Shown piece after piece: positions 31,040 through 45,206 of a stretch of 64,000 bases of DNA; position 1 is the first letter of the stretch; each line of letters starts with the position of its first letter. Both the position numbers and the translations under genes were made by a program. The stretch lies in the NCBI RefSeq assembly GCF_002854065.1, contig NZ_CP024147.1, one strand, 5' to 3'. This DNA is from Escherichia coli. Lineage in GTDB: Bacteria > Pseudomonadota > Gammaproteobacteria > Enterobacterales > Enterobacteriaceae. The notes below the pieces were generated by a model, which saw only the letters and a list, made by a program, of their open reading frames with translations, was not told the origin of the DNA and searched no databases.

Positions 31040-32212
31040 ATGTTCGATTTTTCAAAGGTCGTGGATCGTCATGGCACATGGTGTACGCAGTGGGATTATG
31101 TCGCTGACCGTTTCGGCACTGCTGACCTGTTACCGTTCACGATTTCAGACATGGATTTTGCCACTGCCCCCTGCATTATCGAGGCGCTGAATCAGCGCCT
31201 GATGCACGGCGTGTTTGGCTACAGCCGCTGGAAGAACGATGAGTTTCTCGCGGCTATTGCCCACTGGTTTTCCACCCAGCATTACACCGCCATCGATCCT
31301 CAGTCGGTGGTGTATGGCCCTTCTGTTATCTATATGGTCTCAGAACTGATTCGTCAGTGGTCTGAAACAGGTGAAGGCGTGGTGATCCACACACCCGCCT
31401 ATGACGCATTTTACAAGGCCATTGATGGTAATCAGCGCACAGTAATGCCCGTTGCTTTAGAGAAGCAGGCTGACGGCTGGTTTTGCGATATGGGCAAGCT
31501 GGAAGCCGTGTTGGCGAAACCAGAATGTAAAATTATGCTCCTGTGTAGCCCACAGAATCCTACCGGGAAAGTGTGGACGTGCGATGAGCTGGAGATCATG
31601 GCTGACCTGTGCGAGCGTCATGGTGTGCGGGTTATTTCCGATGAAATCCATATGGATATGGTTTGGGGCGAGCAGCCGCATATTCCCTGGAGTAATGTGG
31701 CTCGCGGAGACTGGGCGTTGCTAACGTCGGGATCGAAAAGTTTCAATATTCCCGCCCTGACCGGTGCTTACGGGATTATAGAAAATAGCAGTAGCCGCGA
31801 TGCCTATTTATCGGCACTGAAAGGCCGTGATGGGCTTTCTTCCCCTTCGGTACTGGCGTTAACTGCCCATATCGCCGCCTATCAGCAAGGCGCGCCGTGG
31901 CTGGATGCCTTACGCATCTATCTGAAAGATAATCTGACGTATATCGCAGATAAAATGAACGCCGCGTTTCCTGAACTCAACTGGCAGATCCCGCAATCCA
32001 CTTATCTGGCCTGGCTTGATCTACGTCCATTGAATATTGACGACAACGCGTTGCAAAAAGCGCTTATCGAGCAAGAAAAGGTCGCGATCATGCCGGGGTA
32101 TACCTACGGTGAAGAAGGTCGTGGTTTTGTCCGTCTCAATGCCGGCTGCCCACGTTCGAAACTGGAAAAAGGTGTGGCTGGATTAATTAACGCCATCCGC
32201 GCTGTTCGTTAA
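31040..32212 (+). CDS. malY: PLP-dependent cystathionine beta-lyase / Mal regulon modulator
   Basis: 390 aa aminotransferase class I/II fold; directly downstream of malX. Confidence 0.9.
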   Translation: MFDFSKVVDRHGTWCTQWDYVADRFGTADLLPFTISDMDFATAPCIIEALNQRLMHGVFGYSRWKNDEFLAAIAHWFSTQHYTAIDPQSVVYGPSVIYMVSELIRQWSETGEGVVIHTPAYDAFYKAIDGNQRTVMPVALEKQADGWFCDMGKLEAVLAKPECKIMLLCSPQNPTGKVWTCDELEIMADLCERHGVRVISDEIHMDMVWGEQPHIPWSNVARGDWALLTSGSKSFNIPALTGAYGIIENSSSRDAYLSALKGRDGLSSPSVLALTAHIAAYQQGAPWLDALRIYLKDNLTYIADKMNAAFPELNWQIPQSTYLAWLDLRPLNIDDNALQKALIEQEKVAIMPGYTYGEEGRGFVRLNAGCPRSKLEKGVAGLINAIRAVR

Positions 32213-32218
32213 CCCCAA

Positions 32219-32246
32219 TTGCGCAACGTAAAAAATCGTTGCGCAA
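32219..32246. terminator. 10-bp perfect inverted repeat (TTGCGCAACG / CGTTGCGCAA) downstream of malY, upstream of add
   Basis: Perfect stem with A-rich 8-nt loop; T-run follows a few bp later. Could alternatively be an operator. Confidence 0.4.
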
Positions 32247-32315
32247 TCGTGGATTTTTACCCTGCTTTGTTTTTATAATGGTGCGCACTTTTATATCCAG
32301 AAAAAGAGTGCGACC

Positions 32316-33317
32316 ATGATTGATACCACCCTGCCATTAACTGATATCCATCGCCACCTTGATGGCAACATTCGTCCCCAGACCATTCTTGAACTTGGCC
32401 GCCAGTATAATATCTCGCTTCCTGCACAATCCCTGGAAACACTGATTCCCCACGTTCAGGTCATTGCCAACGAACCCGATCTGGTGAGCTTTCTGACCAA
32501 ACTTGACTGGGGCGTTAAAGTTCTCGCCTCTCTTGATGCTTGTCGCCGCGTGGCATTTGAAAACATTGAAGATGCAGCCCGTCACGGCCTGCACTATGTC
32601 GAGCTGCGTTTTTCTCCAGGCTACATGGCAATGGCACATCAGCTGCCTGTTGCAGGTGTTGTTGAAGCGGTGATCGATGGCGTACGTGAAGGTTGCCGCA
32701 CCTTTGGTGTGCAGGCGAAGCTTATCGGCATTATGAGCCGAACCTTCGGCGAAGCCGCCTGTCAGCAAGAGCTGGAGGCCTTTTTAGCCCACCGTGACCA
32801 GATTACCGCACTTGATTTAGCCGGTGATGAACTTGGTTTCCCGGGAAGTCTGTTTCTTTCTCACTTCAACCGCGCGCGTGATGCGGGCTGGCATATTACC
32901 GTCCATGCAGGCGAAGCTGCCGGGCCGGAAAGCATCTGGCAGGCGATTCGTGAACTGGGTGCGGAGCGTATTGGACATGGCGTAAAAGCCATTGAAGATC
33001 GGGCGCTGATGGATTTTCTCGCCGAGCAACAAATTGGTATTGAATCCTGTCTGACCTCCAATATTCAGACCAGCACCGTGGCTGAGCTGGCTGCACATCC
33101 GCTGAAAACGTTCCTTGAGCATGGCATTCGTGCCAGCATTAACACTGACGATCCCGGCGTACAGGGAGTGGATATCATTCACGAATATAACGTTGCCGCG
33201 CCAGCTGCTGGGTTATCCCGCGAGCAAATCCGCCAGGCACAGATTAATGGTCTGGAAATGGCTTTCCTCAGCGCTGAGGAAAAACGCGCACTGCGAGAAA
33301 AAGCCGCAGCGAAGTAA
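32316..33317 (+). CDS. add: Adenosine deaminase
   Basis: 333 aa; metal-binding HxH motif near the N-terminus (DIHRHLDG) and conserved SLNTDDP motif near the C-terminus. Confidence 0.95.
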   Translation: MIDTTLPLTDIHRHLDGNIRPQTILELGRQYNISLPAQSLETLIPHVQVIANEPDLVSFLTKLDWGVKVLASLDACRRVAFENIEDAARHGLHYVELRFSPGYMAMAHQLPVAGVVEAVIDGVREGCRTFGVQAKLIGIMSRTFGEAACQQELEAFLAHRDQITALDLAGDELGFPGSLFLSHFNRARDAGWHITVHAGEAAGPESIWQAIRELGAERIGHGVKAIEDRALMDFLAEQQIGIESCLTSNIQTSTVAELAAHPLKTFLEHGIRASINTDDPGVQGVDIIHEYNVAAPAAGLSREQIRQAQINGLEMAFLSAEEKRALREKAAAK

Positions 33318-33322
33318 CAAAA

Positions 33323-33349
33323 ATGGATGGTGCAAATTGCACCATCCAT
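33323..33349. terminator. Bidirectional rho-independent terminator between convergent add and ydgJ
   Basis: Stem ATGGATGGTGC / GCACCATCCAT, 5-nt loop, with an A-run upstream and T-run downstream so it serves both strands. Confidence 0.6.
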
Positions 33350-33352
33350 TTT

Positions 33353-34393
33353 TCATGCAAGGCACAAAGTCGCGCGATGTTTGGCGGATTCAATGCCCAG
33401 CTCAATCAACTCCATTACCTGGATTGCCTGGCTTGCCGGAACCGGATTTTCACCATCGCCATTTAACGCATCACGAATCGCCGCATAGTAAGCCGGATAA
33501 TTCCCAGGCACCGTCAACAGCGTTTCTTCGACACGTTCCTCACCTACCACGCGGGTAAGTACGCCATCACGCATATCGTAGCCCCAGTCTTCCTGCGGCA
33601 GACGCTCGCCACTTTTCAGACGTTCTTCCTGTGGATCGAGGCCATATTTCACATAACTGCCTCGGGATCCATGCACGATATACCGTGCTGACTCAGCGGC
33701 TGCCAGCATGGTACCGTGTAAAATGACTCGCCGCTGTGGATAGGACAAGATGGCGTGGAAATAATCGGTCGACTGCGCTCCGGGCCGTAACTGTGCCAAA
33801 TCTACCGTCATGCTGACCGGTAAACCAAATAGCGTAATGGCCTGATCAAGAAGATGTGGTGCTAAATCGTACCAGATACCGCTGCCTGGGCCGCCCTGTT
33901 CACGCCAACGATCGCGCACCTGCGGACGGAAGCGGTCAAAATGAGACTCAAAGTAAGCAACTTCACCCAGCACGCCTTCCGCGAGCAAACCTTTTAGCGT
34001 CAAGAAATCGCTATCCCAACGACGGTTATGGAATACAGACAGCACACGCCCCAGGCTTTTTGCCAGCGCATCCAGCTCTCGCGCTTGTGACAGTGTCACG
34101 GTAAAGGGTTTATCAACGACCACATGTTTACCCGCCTCAAGCGCCGCTTTGGCTAACAGGAAATGGGTATCGTTGGGTGTAGGAATGACAATCAGGTCTA
34201 TGTTGGGATCGTTAAACAGATGCTTCGGCTCAGAGACAACCGTAACCGTTGGCCAGTCGGCTTTTACTTTTGTTTCATCACTGCTGGAGATTACCGCCAG
34301 TTCCAGCCCGGGCGTGCCCGCAATCAGGGGCGCATGGAAGGTTTTGCTCGCATAACCATACCCAATCAACCCAACACGGATGTTGTCGCTCAT
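33353..34393 (-). CDS. ydgJ: Gfo/Idh/MocA-family NAD(P)-dependent oxidoreductase
   Basis: ORF-track frame 33353..34432; start moved to the ATG at 34393 (MSDNIRVGLIGYGYASK) with GAGAGG ribosome-binding site, giving 346 aa. Confidence 0.85.
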   Translation of the reverse strand: MSDNIRVGLIGYGYASKTFHAPLIAGTPGLELAVISSSDETKVKADWPTVTVVSEPKHLFNDPNIDLIVIPTPNDTHFLLAKAALEAGKHVVVDKPFTVTLSQARELDALAKSLGRVLSVFHNRRWDSDFLTLKGLLAEGVLGEVAYFESHFDRFRPQVRDRWREQGGPGSGIWYDLAPHLLDQAITLFGLPVSMTVDLAQLRPGAQSTDYFHAILSYPQRRVILHGTMLAAAESARYIVHGSRGSYVKYGLDPQEERLKSGERLPQEDWGYDMRDGVLTRVVGEERVEETLLTVPGNYPAYYAAIRDALNGDGENPVPASQAIQVMELIELGIESAKHRATLCLA

Positions 34394-34634
34394 GTCATTG
34401 CCTCTCATTGAAGTATGATGGCTATTTGACACTATCCTTTACCCTCGCTCAACAGTTTAATAACCTGCCAGCAATAAGGGATGTTGTTTAACTTAAGTCA
34501 AAAAAATAGCGATTTTTCCAACGACAAAAGCTAAATATCGCAAAAACCTCAGTAAAAATCTTGCTGGAGCTATTATTGCTAAGTAACATTTACCCCCTGA
34601 AGTTAATGGATCAATCAACAGAGATGTGAGTTGT

Positions 34635-34760
34635 AATGAATCGTCTTATTGAATTAACAGGTTGGATCGTTCTTGTCGTTTCAGTCATTCTTCTTGGCGT
34701 GGCGAGTCACATTGACAACTATCAGCCACCTGAACAGAGTACTACGGTACAACACAAGTA
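34635..34760 (+). CDS. blr: Small membrane protein, 41 aa (beta-lactam resistance / divisome-associated)
   Basis: Hand-translated MNRLIELTGWIVLVVSVILLGVASHIDNYQPPEQSTTVQHK; below ORF-track cutoff; position between ydgJ and cnu matches blr. Confidence 0.6.
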
Positions 34761-35033
34761 AGCTCTGCGCTTGTAGAGCGACATGCTGCCCGTCCGGGTG
34801 CATGTTTTCACTTGTCGGATATTAAACCAGGAATTTATTATCTTGTTCGGTGTTGTTGGTGATTGTCAGGGATAGTAAAGCGCGTTACTCTTTTCATAGC
34901 AGTTTTTCATCCCTGAATATTTGCCATCAGCGCATTCTTATTATTGTAATAACACAAGCGTTCACTTTTGGTGAAATTTTATCATCACTAATAATACCTA
35001 CCCCTTTGGTATTAATTATTTTATGGACCTTTT

Positions 35034-35249
35034 ATGACTGTTCAGGACTACTTATTAAAATTTCGCAAAATCAGTTCACTCGAAAGTCTGGAAAAACTCT
35101 ACGACCATCTTAATTACACCCTGACGGACGATCAGGAACTGATCAATATGTATCGTGCTGCCGATCACCGTCGCGCAGAGCTGGTTTCTGGCGGGCGTTT
35201 GTTTGACCTTGGCCAGGTACCGAAGTCCGTCTGGCACTATGTCCAATAA
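35034..35249 (+). CDS. cnu: Hha/YmoA-family nucleoid-associated modulator (oriC-binding nucleoid-associated protein)
   Basis: 71 aa; matches Cnu (YdgT), an Hha paralogue. Confidence 0.9.
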
Positions 35250-35334
35250 AGAAAGTAGCGATCGGTTATAAAAGCCTTATAATAACGCCCCTAAAATTAG
35301 ATTTGCCTGTTTGCGTCGCTATTCTGGAGAACCT

Positions 35335-35775
35335 ATGACCACCACAACGCCACAACGTATTGGAGGCTGGTTGCTTGGCCCGTTGGCCTGGCTTTTAGTC
35401 GCTCTGTTAAGTACGACGCTGGCGTTGTTGCTGTATACCGCTGCGTTATCTTCTCCGCAAACATTTCAAACGCTCGGCGCACAAGCACTGACGACACAAA
35501 TCTTATGGGGCGTTTCTTTTATTACCGCTATCGCCATGTGGTATTACACACTGTGGTTGACCATCGCTTTCTTTAAACGTCGGCGTTGTGTTCCTAAACA
35601 CTATATTATCTGGCTGCTTATTTCCGTATTGCTGGCAGTAAAAGCGTTCGCTTTTTCACCCGTGGAAGATGGCATAGCCGTTCGCCAGTTGCTGTTTACT
35701 TTGTTGGCAACCGCATTGATCGTCCCCTATTTCAAACGCTCGTCGCGGGTGAAAGCGACGTTTGTGAATCCGTAA
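35335..35775 (+). CDS. ydgK: DUF2569-family inner-membrane protein
   Basis: ORF-track frame 35311..35775; start moved to the ATG at 35335 (MTTTTPQRIG) with GGAGA ribosome-binding site, giving 146 aa. Confidence 0.8.
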   Translation: MTTTTPQRIGGWLLGPLAWLLVALLSTTLALLLYTAALSSPQTFQTLGAQALTTQILWGVSFITAIAMWYYTLWLTIAFFKRRRCVPKHYIIWLLISVLLAVKAFAFSPVEDGIAVRQLLFTLLATALIVPYFKRSSRVKATFVNP

Positions 35776-35851
35776 TAACCTTACAGTTAACCTGTTGTCG
35801 CCTGCTCTGGATTAACGGATAATAGGCGGCTTTTTTATTTCAGGCCGAAAA

Positions 35852-36432
35852 ATGACTGACTACCTGTTACTGTTTGTTGGAACTGTACTGGTCAATAACT
35901 TTGTACTGGTCAAGTTTCTCGGTCTCTGTCCGTTTATGGGAGTTTCCAAAAAGCTGGAAACCGCGATGGGCATGGGGCTGGCAACAACGTTTGTGATGAC
36001 GCTGGCGTCTATTTGCGCCTGGCTTATCGATACGTGGATTTTGATCCCACTTAATCTGATTTACCTGCGCACCCTGGCATTTATTCTGGTGATTGCTGTG
36101 GTCGTGCAGTTCACCGAGATGGTGGTGCGCAAAACCAGCCCGGTGCTTTACCGTTTGCTGGGGATTTTTTTGCCGCTTATCACCACCAACTGTGCCGTGC
36201 TCGGCGTGGCGTTGCTGAATATCAATCTCGGGCACAATTTCTTGCAGTCGGCGCTGTACGGTTTTTCCGCCGCTGTCGGTTTTTCGCTGGTGATGGTTCT
36301 CTTCGCAGCCATCCGCGAACGCCTTGCTGTGGCTGATGTCCCGGCACCTTTTCGCGGTAATGCCATTGCGTTAATTACCGCAGGTCTTATGTCTCTGGCC
36401 TTTATGGGCTTTAGTGGTTTGGTGAAGTTGTA

Positions 36433-36433
<1 letters not shown>
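35852..36433 (+). CDS. rsxA: Rsx/Rnf electron transport complex subunit A
   Basis: 193 aa polytopic membrane protein; first gene of the rsxABCDGE-nth cluster. Confidence 0.95.
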
Positions 36434-39322
<2,889 letters not shown>

Positions 39323-40381
39323 ATGGTATTCAGAATAGCTAGCTCCCCTTATACCCATAACCAGCGCCAGACATCGCGCATTATGCTGTTGGCGTTGCTC
39401 GCAGCCGTGCCAGGAATCGCAGCGCAACTGTGGTTTTTTGGTTGGGGTACTCTCGTTCAGATCCTGTTGGCGTCGGTCAGTGCTCTGTTAGCCGAAGCTC
39501 TCGTACTCAAACTACGCAAGCAGTCGGTAGCCGCAACGTTGAAAGATAACTCAGCATTGCTGACAGGCTTATTGCTGGCGGTAAGTATTCCCCCCCTCGC
39601 GCCATGGTGGATGGTCGTGCTGGGTACGGTGTTTGCGGTGATCATCGCTAAACAGTTATATGGCGGTCTGGGACAAAACCCGTTTAATCCGGCAATGATT
39701 GGTTATGTGGTCTTACTGATCTCCTTCCCGGTGCAGATGACCAGCTGGTTACCGCCACATGAAATTGCGGTCAACATCCCTGGTTTTATCGACGCCATAC
39801 AGGTTATTTTCAGCGGGCATACCGCCAGTGGTGGTGATATGAACACACTACGCTTAGGTATTGATGGCATTAGTCAGGCGACACCGCTGGATACATTTAA
39901 AACCTCTGTCCGTGCCGGTCATTCGGTTGAACAGATTATGCAATATCCTATCTACAGCGGTATGCTGGCGGGCGCTGGTTGGCAATGGGTAAATCTCGCC
40001 TGGCTGGCTGGCGGCGTGTGGTTGCTATGGCAGAAAGCGATTCGCTGGCATATTCCCCTCAGCTTCTTAGTAACGCTGACGTTATGCGCAACGTTGGGCT
40101 GGTTGTTCTCACCAGAAACACTGGCAGCACCGCAAATTCATCTGCTGTCTGGAGCGACCATGCTCGGCGCATTCTTTATTTTGACTGACCCGGTTACCGC
40201 TTCTACGACCAATCGTGGTCGTCTTATTTTCGGCGCGCTTGCGGGCTTATTAGTCTGGTTGATCCGCAGTTTCGGCGGCTATCCTGACGGCGTGGCTTTT
40301 GCCGTCCTGCTGGCGAACATCACGGTTCCTCTGATCGATTACTACACCCGTCCGCGCGTCTACGGCCATCGCAAAGGGTAA
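39323..40381 (+). CDS. rsxD: Rsx/Rnf electron transport complex subunit D
   Basis: 352 aa polytopic membrane protein. Confidence 0.95.
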   Translation: MVFRIASSPYTHNQRQTSRIMLLALLAAVPGIAAQLWFFGWGTLVQILLASVSALLAEALVLKLRKQSVAATLKDNSALLTGLLLAVSIPPLAPWWMVVLGTVFAVIIAKQLYGGLGQNPFNPAMIGYVVLLISFPVQMTSWLPPHEIAVNIPGFIDAIQVIFSGHTASGGDMNTLRLGIDGISQATPLDTFKTSVRAGHSVEQIMQYPIYSGMLAGAGWQWVNLAWLAGGVWLLWQKAIRWHIPLSFLVTLTLCATLGWLFSPETLAAPQIHLLSGATMLGAFFILTDPVTASTTNRGRLIFGALAGLLVWLIRSFGGYPDGVAFAVLLANITVPLIDYYTRPRVYGHRKG

Positions 40382-40384
40382 ACC

Positions 40385-41005
40385 ATGCTGAAAACTATCC
40401 GAAAACACGGCATTACGTTAGCGCTATTTGCAGCGGGTTCAACAGGGTTAACTGCGGCCATCAACCAGATGACCAAAACGACGATTGCTGAACAGGCCAG
40501 TCTGCAACAAAAGGCATTATTTGATCAGGTGCTGCCAGCCGAACGCTATAACAATGCGCTGGCACAGAGTTGCTATCTGGTAACTGCGCCAGAGTTAGGT
40601 AAAGGTGAGCATCGGGTTTACATCGCCAAACAGGATGACAAACCGGTAGCCGCCGTTCTGGAAGCAACCGCACCAGATGGCTATTCCGGTGCGATTCAGC
40701 TGCTGGTGGGAGCCGATTTTAACGGCACGGTACTTGGCACGCGCGTGACAGAGCACCACGAAACGCCAGGTCTTGGCGATAAAATCGAACTGCGCCTTTC
40801 TGACTGGATCACCCATTTTGCGGGTAAAAAAATCAGTGGTGCGGATGATGCGCACTGGGCGGTGAAGAAAGATGGTGGTGATTTCGACCAGTTCACCGGC
40901 GCGACGATTACTCCCCGCGCGGTGGTTAATGCGGTAAAACGCGCCGGATTGTACGCTCAGACGTTACCGGCACAACTTTCTCAACTTCCTGCCTGTGGAG
41001 AATAA
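40385..41005 (+). CDS. rsxG: Rsx/Rnf electron transport complex subunit G (FMN-binding)
   Basis: 206 aa with N-terminal anchor and FMN-binding domain. Confidence 0.95.
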   Translation: MLKTIRKHGITLALFAAGSTGLTAAINQMTKTTIAEQASLQQKALFDQVLPAERYNNALAQSCYLVTAPELGKGEHRVYIAKQDDKPVAAVLEATAPDGYSGAIQLLVGADFNGTVLGTRVTEHHETPGLGDKIELRLSDWITHFAGKKISGADDAHWAVKKDGGDFDQFTGATITPRAVVNAVKRAGLYAQTLPAQLSQLPACGE

Positions 41006-41008
41006 AGC

Positions 41009-41704
41009 GTGAGCGAAATTAAAGACGTTATTGTTCAGGGGTTGTGGAAAAACAACTCTGCGCTGGTCCAGTTGCTCGGCCTTTGTCCTCTGTTGGCGGT
41101 CACGTCCACTGCCACTAACGCTCTGGGTTTAGGACTTGCGACTACGCTGGTACTGACGCTGACCAACCTGACCATTTCGACGCTGCGTCACTGGACGCCA
41201 GCCGAGATCCGCATTCCCATTTACGTGATGATCATCGCCTCGGTGGTCAGCGCTGTACAGATGCTGATCAACGCCTACGCCTTTGGCCTGTATCAATCAT
41301 TAGGGATTTTTATTCCGCTGATTGTCACTAACTGTATCGTTGTGGGCCGCGCTGAAGCCTTCGCCGCCAAAAAAGGTCCGGCGCTTTCGGCACTGGACGG
41401 CTTTTCAATTGGTATGGGCGCAACCTGCGCCATGTTCGTGCTGGGTTCACTACGCGAAATTATCGGCAATGGCACATTGTTTGACGGTGCAGATGCGCTG
41501 TTAGGTAGCTGGGCAAAAGTATTACGCGTGGAGATTTTCCACACCGACTCCCCTTTCCTGCTGGCGATGCTGCCACCAGGTGCATTTATTGGCCTGGGAC
41601 TGATGCTGGCAGGAAAATACCTGATTGATGAAAGAATGAAAAAGCGCCGTACTGAAGCAGCTGCCGAACGTGCATTGCCAAACGGTGAAACAGGGAATGT
41701 CTGA
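41009..41704 (+). CDS. rsxE: Rsx/Rnf electron transport complex subunit E
   Basis: 231 aa membrane protein paralogous to RsxA. Confidence 0.95.
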
Positions 41705-42339
41705 TGAACAAAGCAAAACGCCTGGAGATCCTCACTCGCCTGCGTGAGAACAATCCTCATCCCACCACCGAGCTTAATTTCAGTTCGCCTTTTGAATTGC
41801 TGATTGCCGTACTGCTTTCCGCTCAGGCGACCGATGTCAGTGTTAATAAGGCGACGGCGAAACTCTACCCGGTGGCGAATACGCCTGCAGCGATGCTTGA
41901 ACTGGGCGTTGAAGGGGTGAAAACCTATATCAAAACGATTGGGCTTTATAACAGCAAAGCAGAAAATATCATCAAAACCTGCCGTATCTTACTGGAGCAG
42001 CATAATGGCGAGGTTCCGGAAGATCGTGCTGCGCTTGAAGCCCTGCCCGGCGTAGGTCGTAAAACAGCCAACGTCGTATTAAACACTGCATTCGGCTGGC
42101 CGACTATTGCTGTCGACACGCACATTTTCCGCGTTTGTAATCGTACTCAATTTGCGCCGGGGAAAAACGTCGAACAGGTAGAAGAAAAGCTACTGAAAGT
42201 GGTTCCGGCAGAGTTTAAAGTCGACTGCCACCATTGGTTGATCCTGCACGGGCGTTATACCTGCATTGCCCGCAAGCCCCGCTGTGGCTCTTGTATTATT
42301 GAAGATCTTTGTGAATACAAAGAGAAAGTTGACATCTGA
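41704..42339 (+). CDS. nth: Endonuclease III (DNA glycosylase / AP lyase)
   Basis: 211 aa; helix-hairpin-helix and C-terminal 4Fe-4S cluster (Cx6CxxCx5C) motif. Confidence 0.95.
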   Translation: MNKAKRLEILTRLRENNPHPTTELNFSSPFELLIAVLLSAQATDVSVNKATAKLYPVANTPAAMLELGVEGVKTYIKTIGLYNSKAENIIKTCRILLEQHNGEVPEDRAALEALPGVGRKTANVVLNTAFGWPTIAVDTHIFRVCNRTQFAPGKNVEQVEEKLLKVVPAEFKVDCHHWLILHGRYTCIARKPRCGSCIIEDLCEYKEKVDI

Positions 42340-42345
42340 AGAAAA

Positions 42346-42365
42346 GGGGTAACACCGATTACCCC
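42346..42365 (+). terminator. Hairpin (GGGGTAA / TTACCCC) immediately after nth stop; candidate operon terminator
   Basis: 7-bp perfect stem, 6-nt loop, followed by T-rich ATTGATAACCTTTCTTTATCC. Confidence 0.4.
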
Positions 42366-42949
42366 ATTGATAACCTTTCTTTATCCTCTTTTAAAACATC
42401 TTTTTAACGTCAATGATGCCATTGCTTAGCGTTATCATCAGGTAATCCGTTTGCGAATAACCAAAAATGCAGGTTAATTGTTTTTTTAATAGCGAAATTT
42501 TCTATTCATTCGTGATCAAGATCACGATGCTGTGGCAATGTAAAAACATTGCAAGAATCAGGTTAAAATCATTTAAATTTACATACGCAACAAATATTGA
42601 CCTACAAAACATTACACTGGCTATTTTTCAGAAACTGGACTATCTCACTAGGAAAAACGCTAAATAGCAGAACATATCGCCGTCAAGCCATCATCCCCCT
42701 CTCAATGCAGTGAAAAAATCTGCCGTTACGTTTTTTGAAAAATTTAACGCTGGATAACATTTCCCGGAATGGTTGAATTCCCCGCCTCAGTTATATGTAA
42801 CAGATTATTACAAAGGACTTGTCTGAAAGTGCAAGATAGTGAACATTACCTGCCGTTTCCCCTCCCACTATAACAATTGCGCGTATGTTTTTTAGACATA
42901 ACGCGAGAAAGCACCCCCGTTAATATGGGATGTAAAAAAAGAGGTAAAA

Positions 42950-44452
42950 GTGTCCACTGCAAACCAAAAACCAACTGAAAGCGTCAGTTTGAACGCTTTC
43001 AAACAACCGAAGGCGTTCTATCTCATTTTCTCGATTGAGTTATGGGAACGTTTTGGTTATTACGGCCTACAAGGAATTATGGCTGTTTACCTGGTTAAAC
43101 AACTGGGTATGTCTGAAGCGGATTCAATCACCCTTTTCTCTTCCTTTAGTGCCCTGGTTTATGGTCTGGTCGCTATCGGCGGCTGGTTAGGTGACAAGGT
43201 ACTGGGTACTAAACGCGTAATTATGCTTGGCGCTATTGTGCTGGCGATTGGTTATGCTCTGGTTGCCTGGTCTGGTCACGACGCCGGTATCGTTTATATG
43301 GGTATGGCGGCTATTGCGGTCGGTAACGGCCTGTTTAAGGCTAACCCGTCTTCTCTGCTTTCTACATGCTATGAGAAAAACGACCCGCGTCTGGACGGTG
43401 CATTCACCATGTACTACATGTCCGTCAACATCGGCTCTTTCTTCTCTATGATTGCTACGCCGTGGCTGGCCGCGAAATACGGCTGGAGCGTTGCGTTTGC
43501 ATTGAGCGTTGTAGGCCTGCTGATCACTATCGTTAACTTCGCCTTCTGCCAACGCTGGGTTAAACAGTACGGTTCAAAACCAGACTTCGAGCCTATCAAC
43601 TACCGTAACCTGCTGCTGACCATTATTGGTGTTGTGGCACTGATCGCTATCGCCACCTGGCTGCTGCACAATCAGGAAGTTGCGCGTATGGCGCTGGGCG
43701 TTGTTGCCTTTGGTATCGTGGTTATCTTCGGTAAAGAAGCCTTCGCGATGAAAGGTGCTGCGCGTCGTAAAATGATCGTTGCCTTCATCCTGATGCTCGA
43801 AGCCATTATCTTCTTCGTGCTGTACAGCCAGATGCCAACGTCACTGAACTTCTTTGCGATTCGTAACGTTGAACACACCATTCTGGGCCTGGCCGTAGAA
43901 CCTGAGCAGTATCAGGCACTGAACCCGTTCTGGATCATCATTGGTAGCCCGATTCTGGCCGCTATCTATAACAAGATGGGCGATACTCTGCCGATGCCAA
44001 CTAAGTTTGCAATCGGTATGGTGATGTGTTCTGGTGCGTTCCTGATTCTGCCGCTGGGTGCAAAATTCGCGTCTGACGCAGGTATCGTGTCTGTAAGCTG
44101 GCTGGTCGCAAGCTATGGCCTGCAGAGTATCGGGGAACTGATGATCTCTGGTCTGGGTCTGGCAATGGTTGCACAACTCGTTCCGCAGCGTCTGATGGGC
44201 TTCATTATGGGTAGCTGGTTCCTGACCACTGCCGGTGCAAACCTGATTGGTGGTTATGTTGCGGGTATGATGGCTGTGCCGGATAACGTTACCGATCCGC
44301 TGATGTCACTGGAAGTCTATGGTCGCGTATTCTTGCAGATTGGTGTCGCTACTGCCGTTATTGCAGTACTGATGCTGTTTACCGCGCCGAAACTGCACCG
44401 CATGACGCAGGATGACGCTGCTGACAAAGCGGCGAAAGCTGCTGTAGCGTAA
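42950..44452 (+). CDS. dtpA: Proton-dependent di/tripeptide permease (POT family)
   Basis: 500 aa beginning [10 protein letters not shown] from a GTG start with AAGAGG ribosome-binding site; POT-family motifs and about 14 transmembrane segments. Confidence 0.95.
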
Positions 44453-44474
44453 AATTCAGGGAAACTCTTTTACA

Positions 44475-44507
44475 AGCCGCTAACTTTTCGTTAGCGGCTT
44501 TTTTTTT
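44475..44507 (+). terminator. Strong rho-independent terminator downstream of dtpA
   Basis: Stem AGCCGCTAAC / GTTAGCGGCT, loop TTTTC, followed by a run of nine T. Confidence 0.8.
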
Positions 44508-44557
44508 GTTCAGCAACGCACTACCATACTTTAAACCACAGACAAAAGGAGTTACCG

Positions 44558-45163
44558 ATGAAATTGTTCTACAAACCGGGCGCCTGCTCTCTCGCTTCCC
44601 ATATCACCCTGCGTGAGAGCGGAAAGGATTTTACGCTCGTCAGTGTGGATTTAATGAAAAAACGTCTCGAAAACGGTGACGATTACTTTGCCGTTAACCC
44701 TAAGGGACAGGTACCTGCATTGCTGCTGGATGACGGTACTTTGCTGACGGAAGGTGTAGCGATTATGCAGTATCTTGCCGACAGCGTCCCCGACCGCCAG
44801 TTGCTGGCACCGGTAAACAGTATTTCCCGCTATAAAACCATCGAATGGCTGAATTACATCGCCACCGAGCTGCATAAAGGTTTCACACCTCTGTTTCGCC
44901 CTGATACACCGGAAGAGTACAAACCGACAGTTCGCGCGCAACTGGAGAAGAAGCTGCAATATGTGAACGAGGCACTGAAGGATGAGCACTGGATCTGCGG
45001 GCAAAGATTTACAATTGCTGATGCCTATCTGTTTACGGTTCTGCGCTGGGCATACGCGGTGAAACTGAATCTGGAAGGGTTAGAGCACATTGCGGCATTT
45101 ATGCAACGTATGGCTGAACGTCCGGAAGTACAAGACGCGCTGTCAGCGGAAAGCTTAAAGTAA
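44558..45163 (+). CDS. gstA: Glutathione S-transferase
   Basis: 201 aa; GST N-terminal thioredoxin-like and C-terminal helical domains. Confidence 0.95.
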   Translation: MKLFYKPGACSLASHITLRESGKDFTLVSVDLMKKRLENGDDYFAVNPKGQVPALLLDDGTLLTEGVAIMQYLADSVPDRQLLAPVNSISRYKTIEWLNYIATELHKGFTPLFRPDTPEEYKPTVRAQLEKKLQYVNEALKDEHWICGQRFTIADAYLFTVLRWAYAVKLNLEGLEHIAAFMQRMAERPEVQDALSAESLK

Positions 45164-45170
45164 TAGCCAT

Positions 45171-45194
45171 CGGCCCACAGGTCGTTGTGGGCCG
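45171..45194. terminator. Hairpin (CGGCCCACA / TGTGGGCCG) between convergent gstA and pdxY
   Basis: 9-bp perfect stem, 6-nt loop in the 43-bp convergent gap. Confidence 0.45.
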
Positions 45195-45206
45195 AAATGA
45201 GATATT

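Noticed and set aside
42467-42667. 66-aa ORF in the nth-dtpA intergenic region
   Set aside because: AT-rich DNA, no ribosome-binding site, Phe/Ile/Asn/Lys-biased product typical of random frames in promoter DNA.
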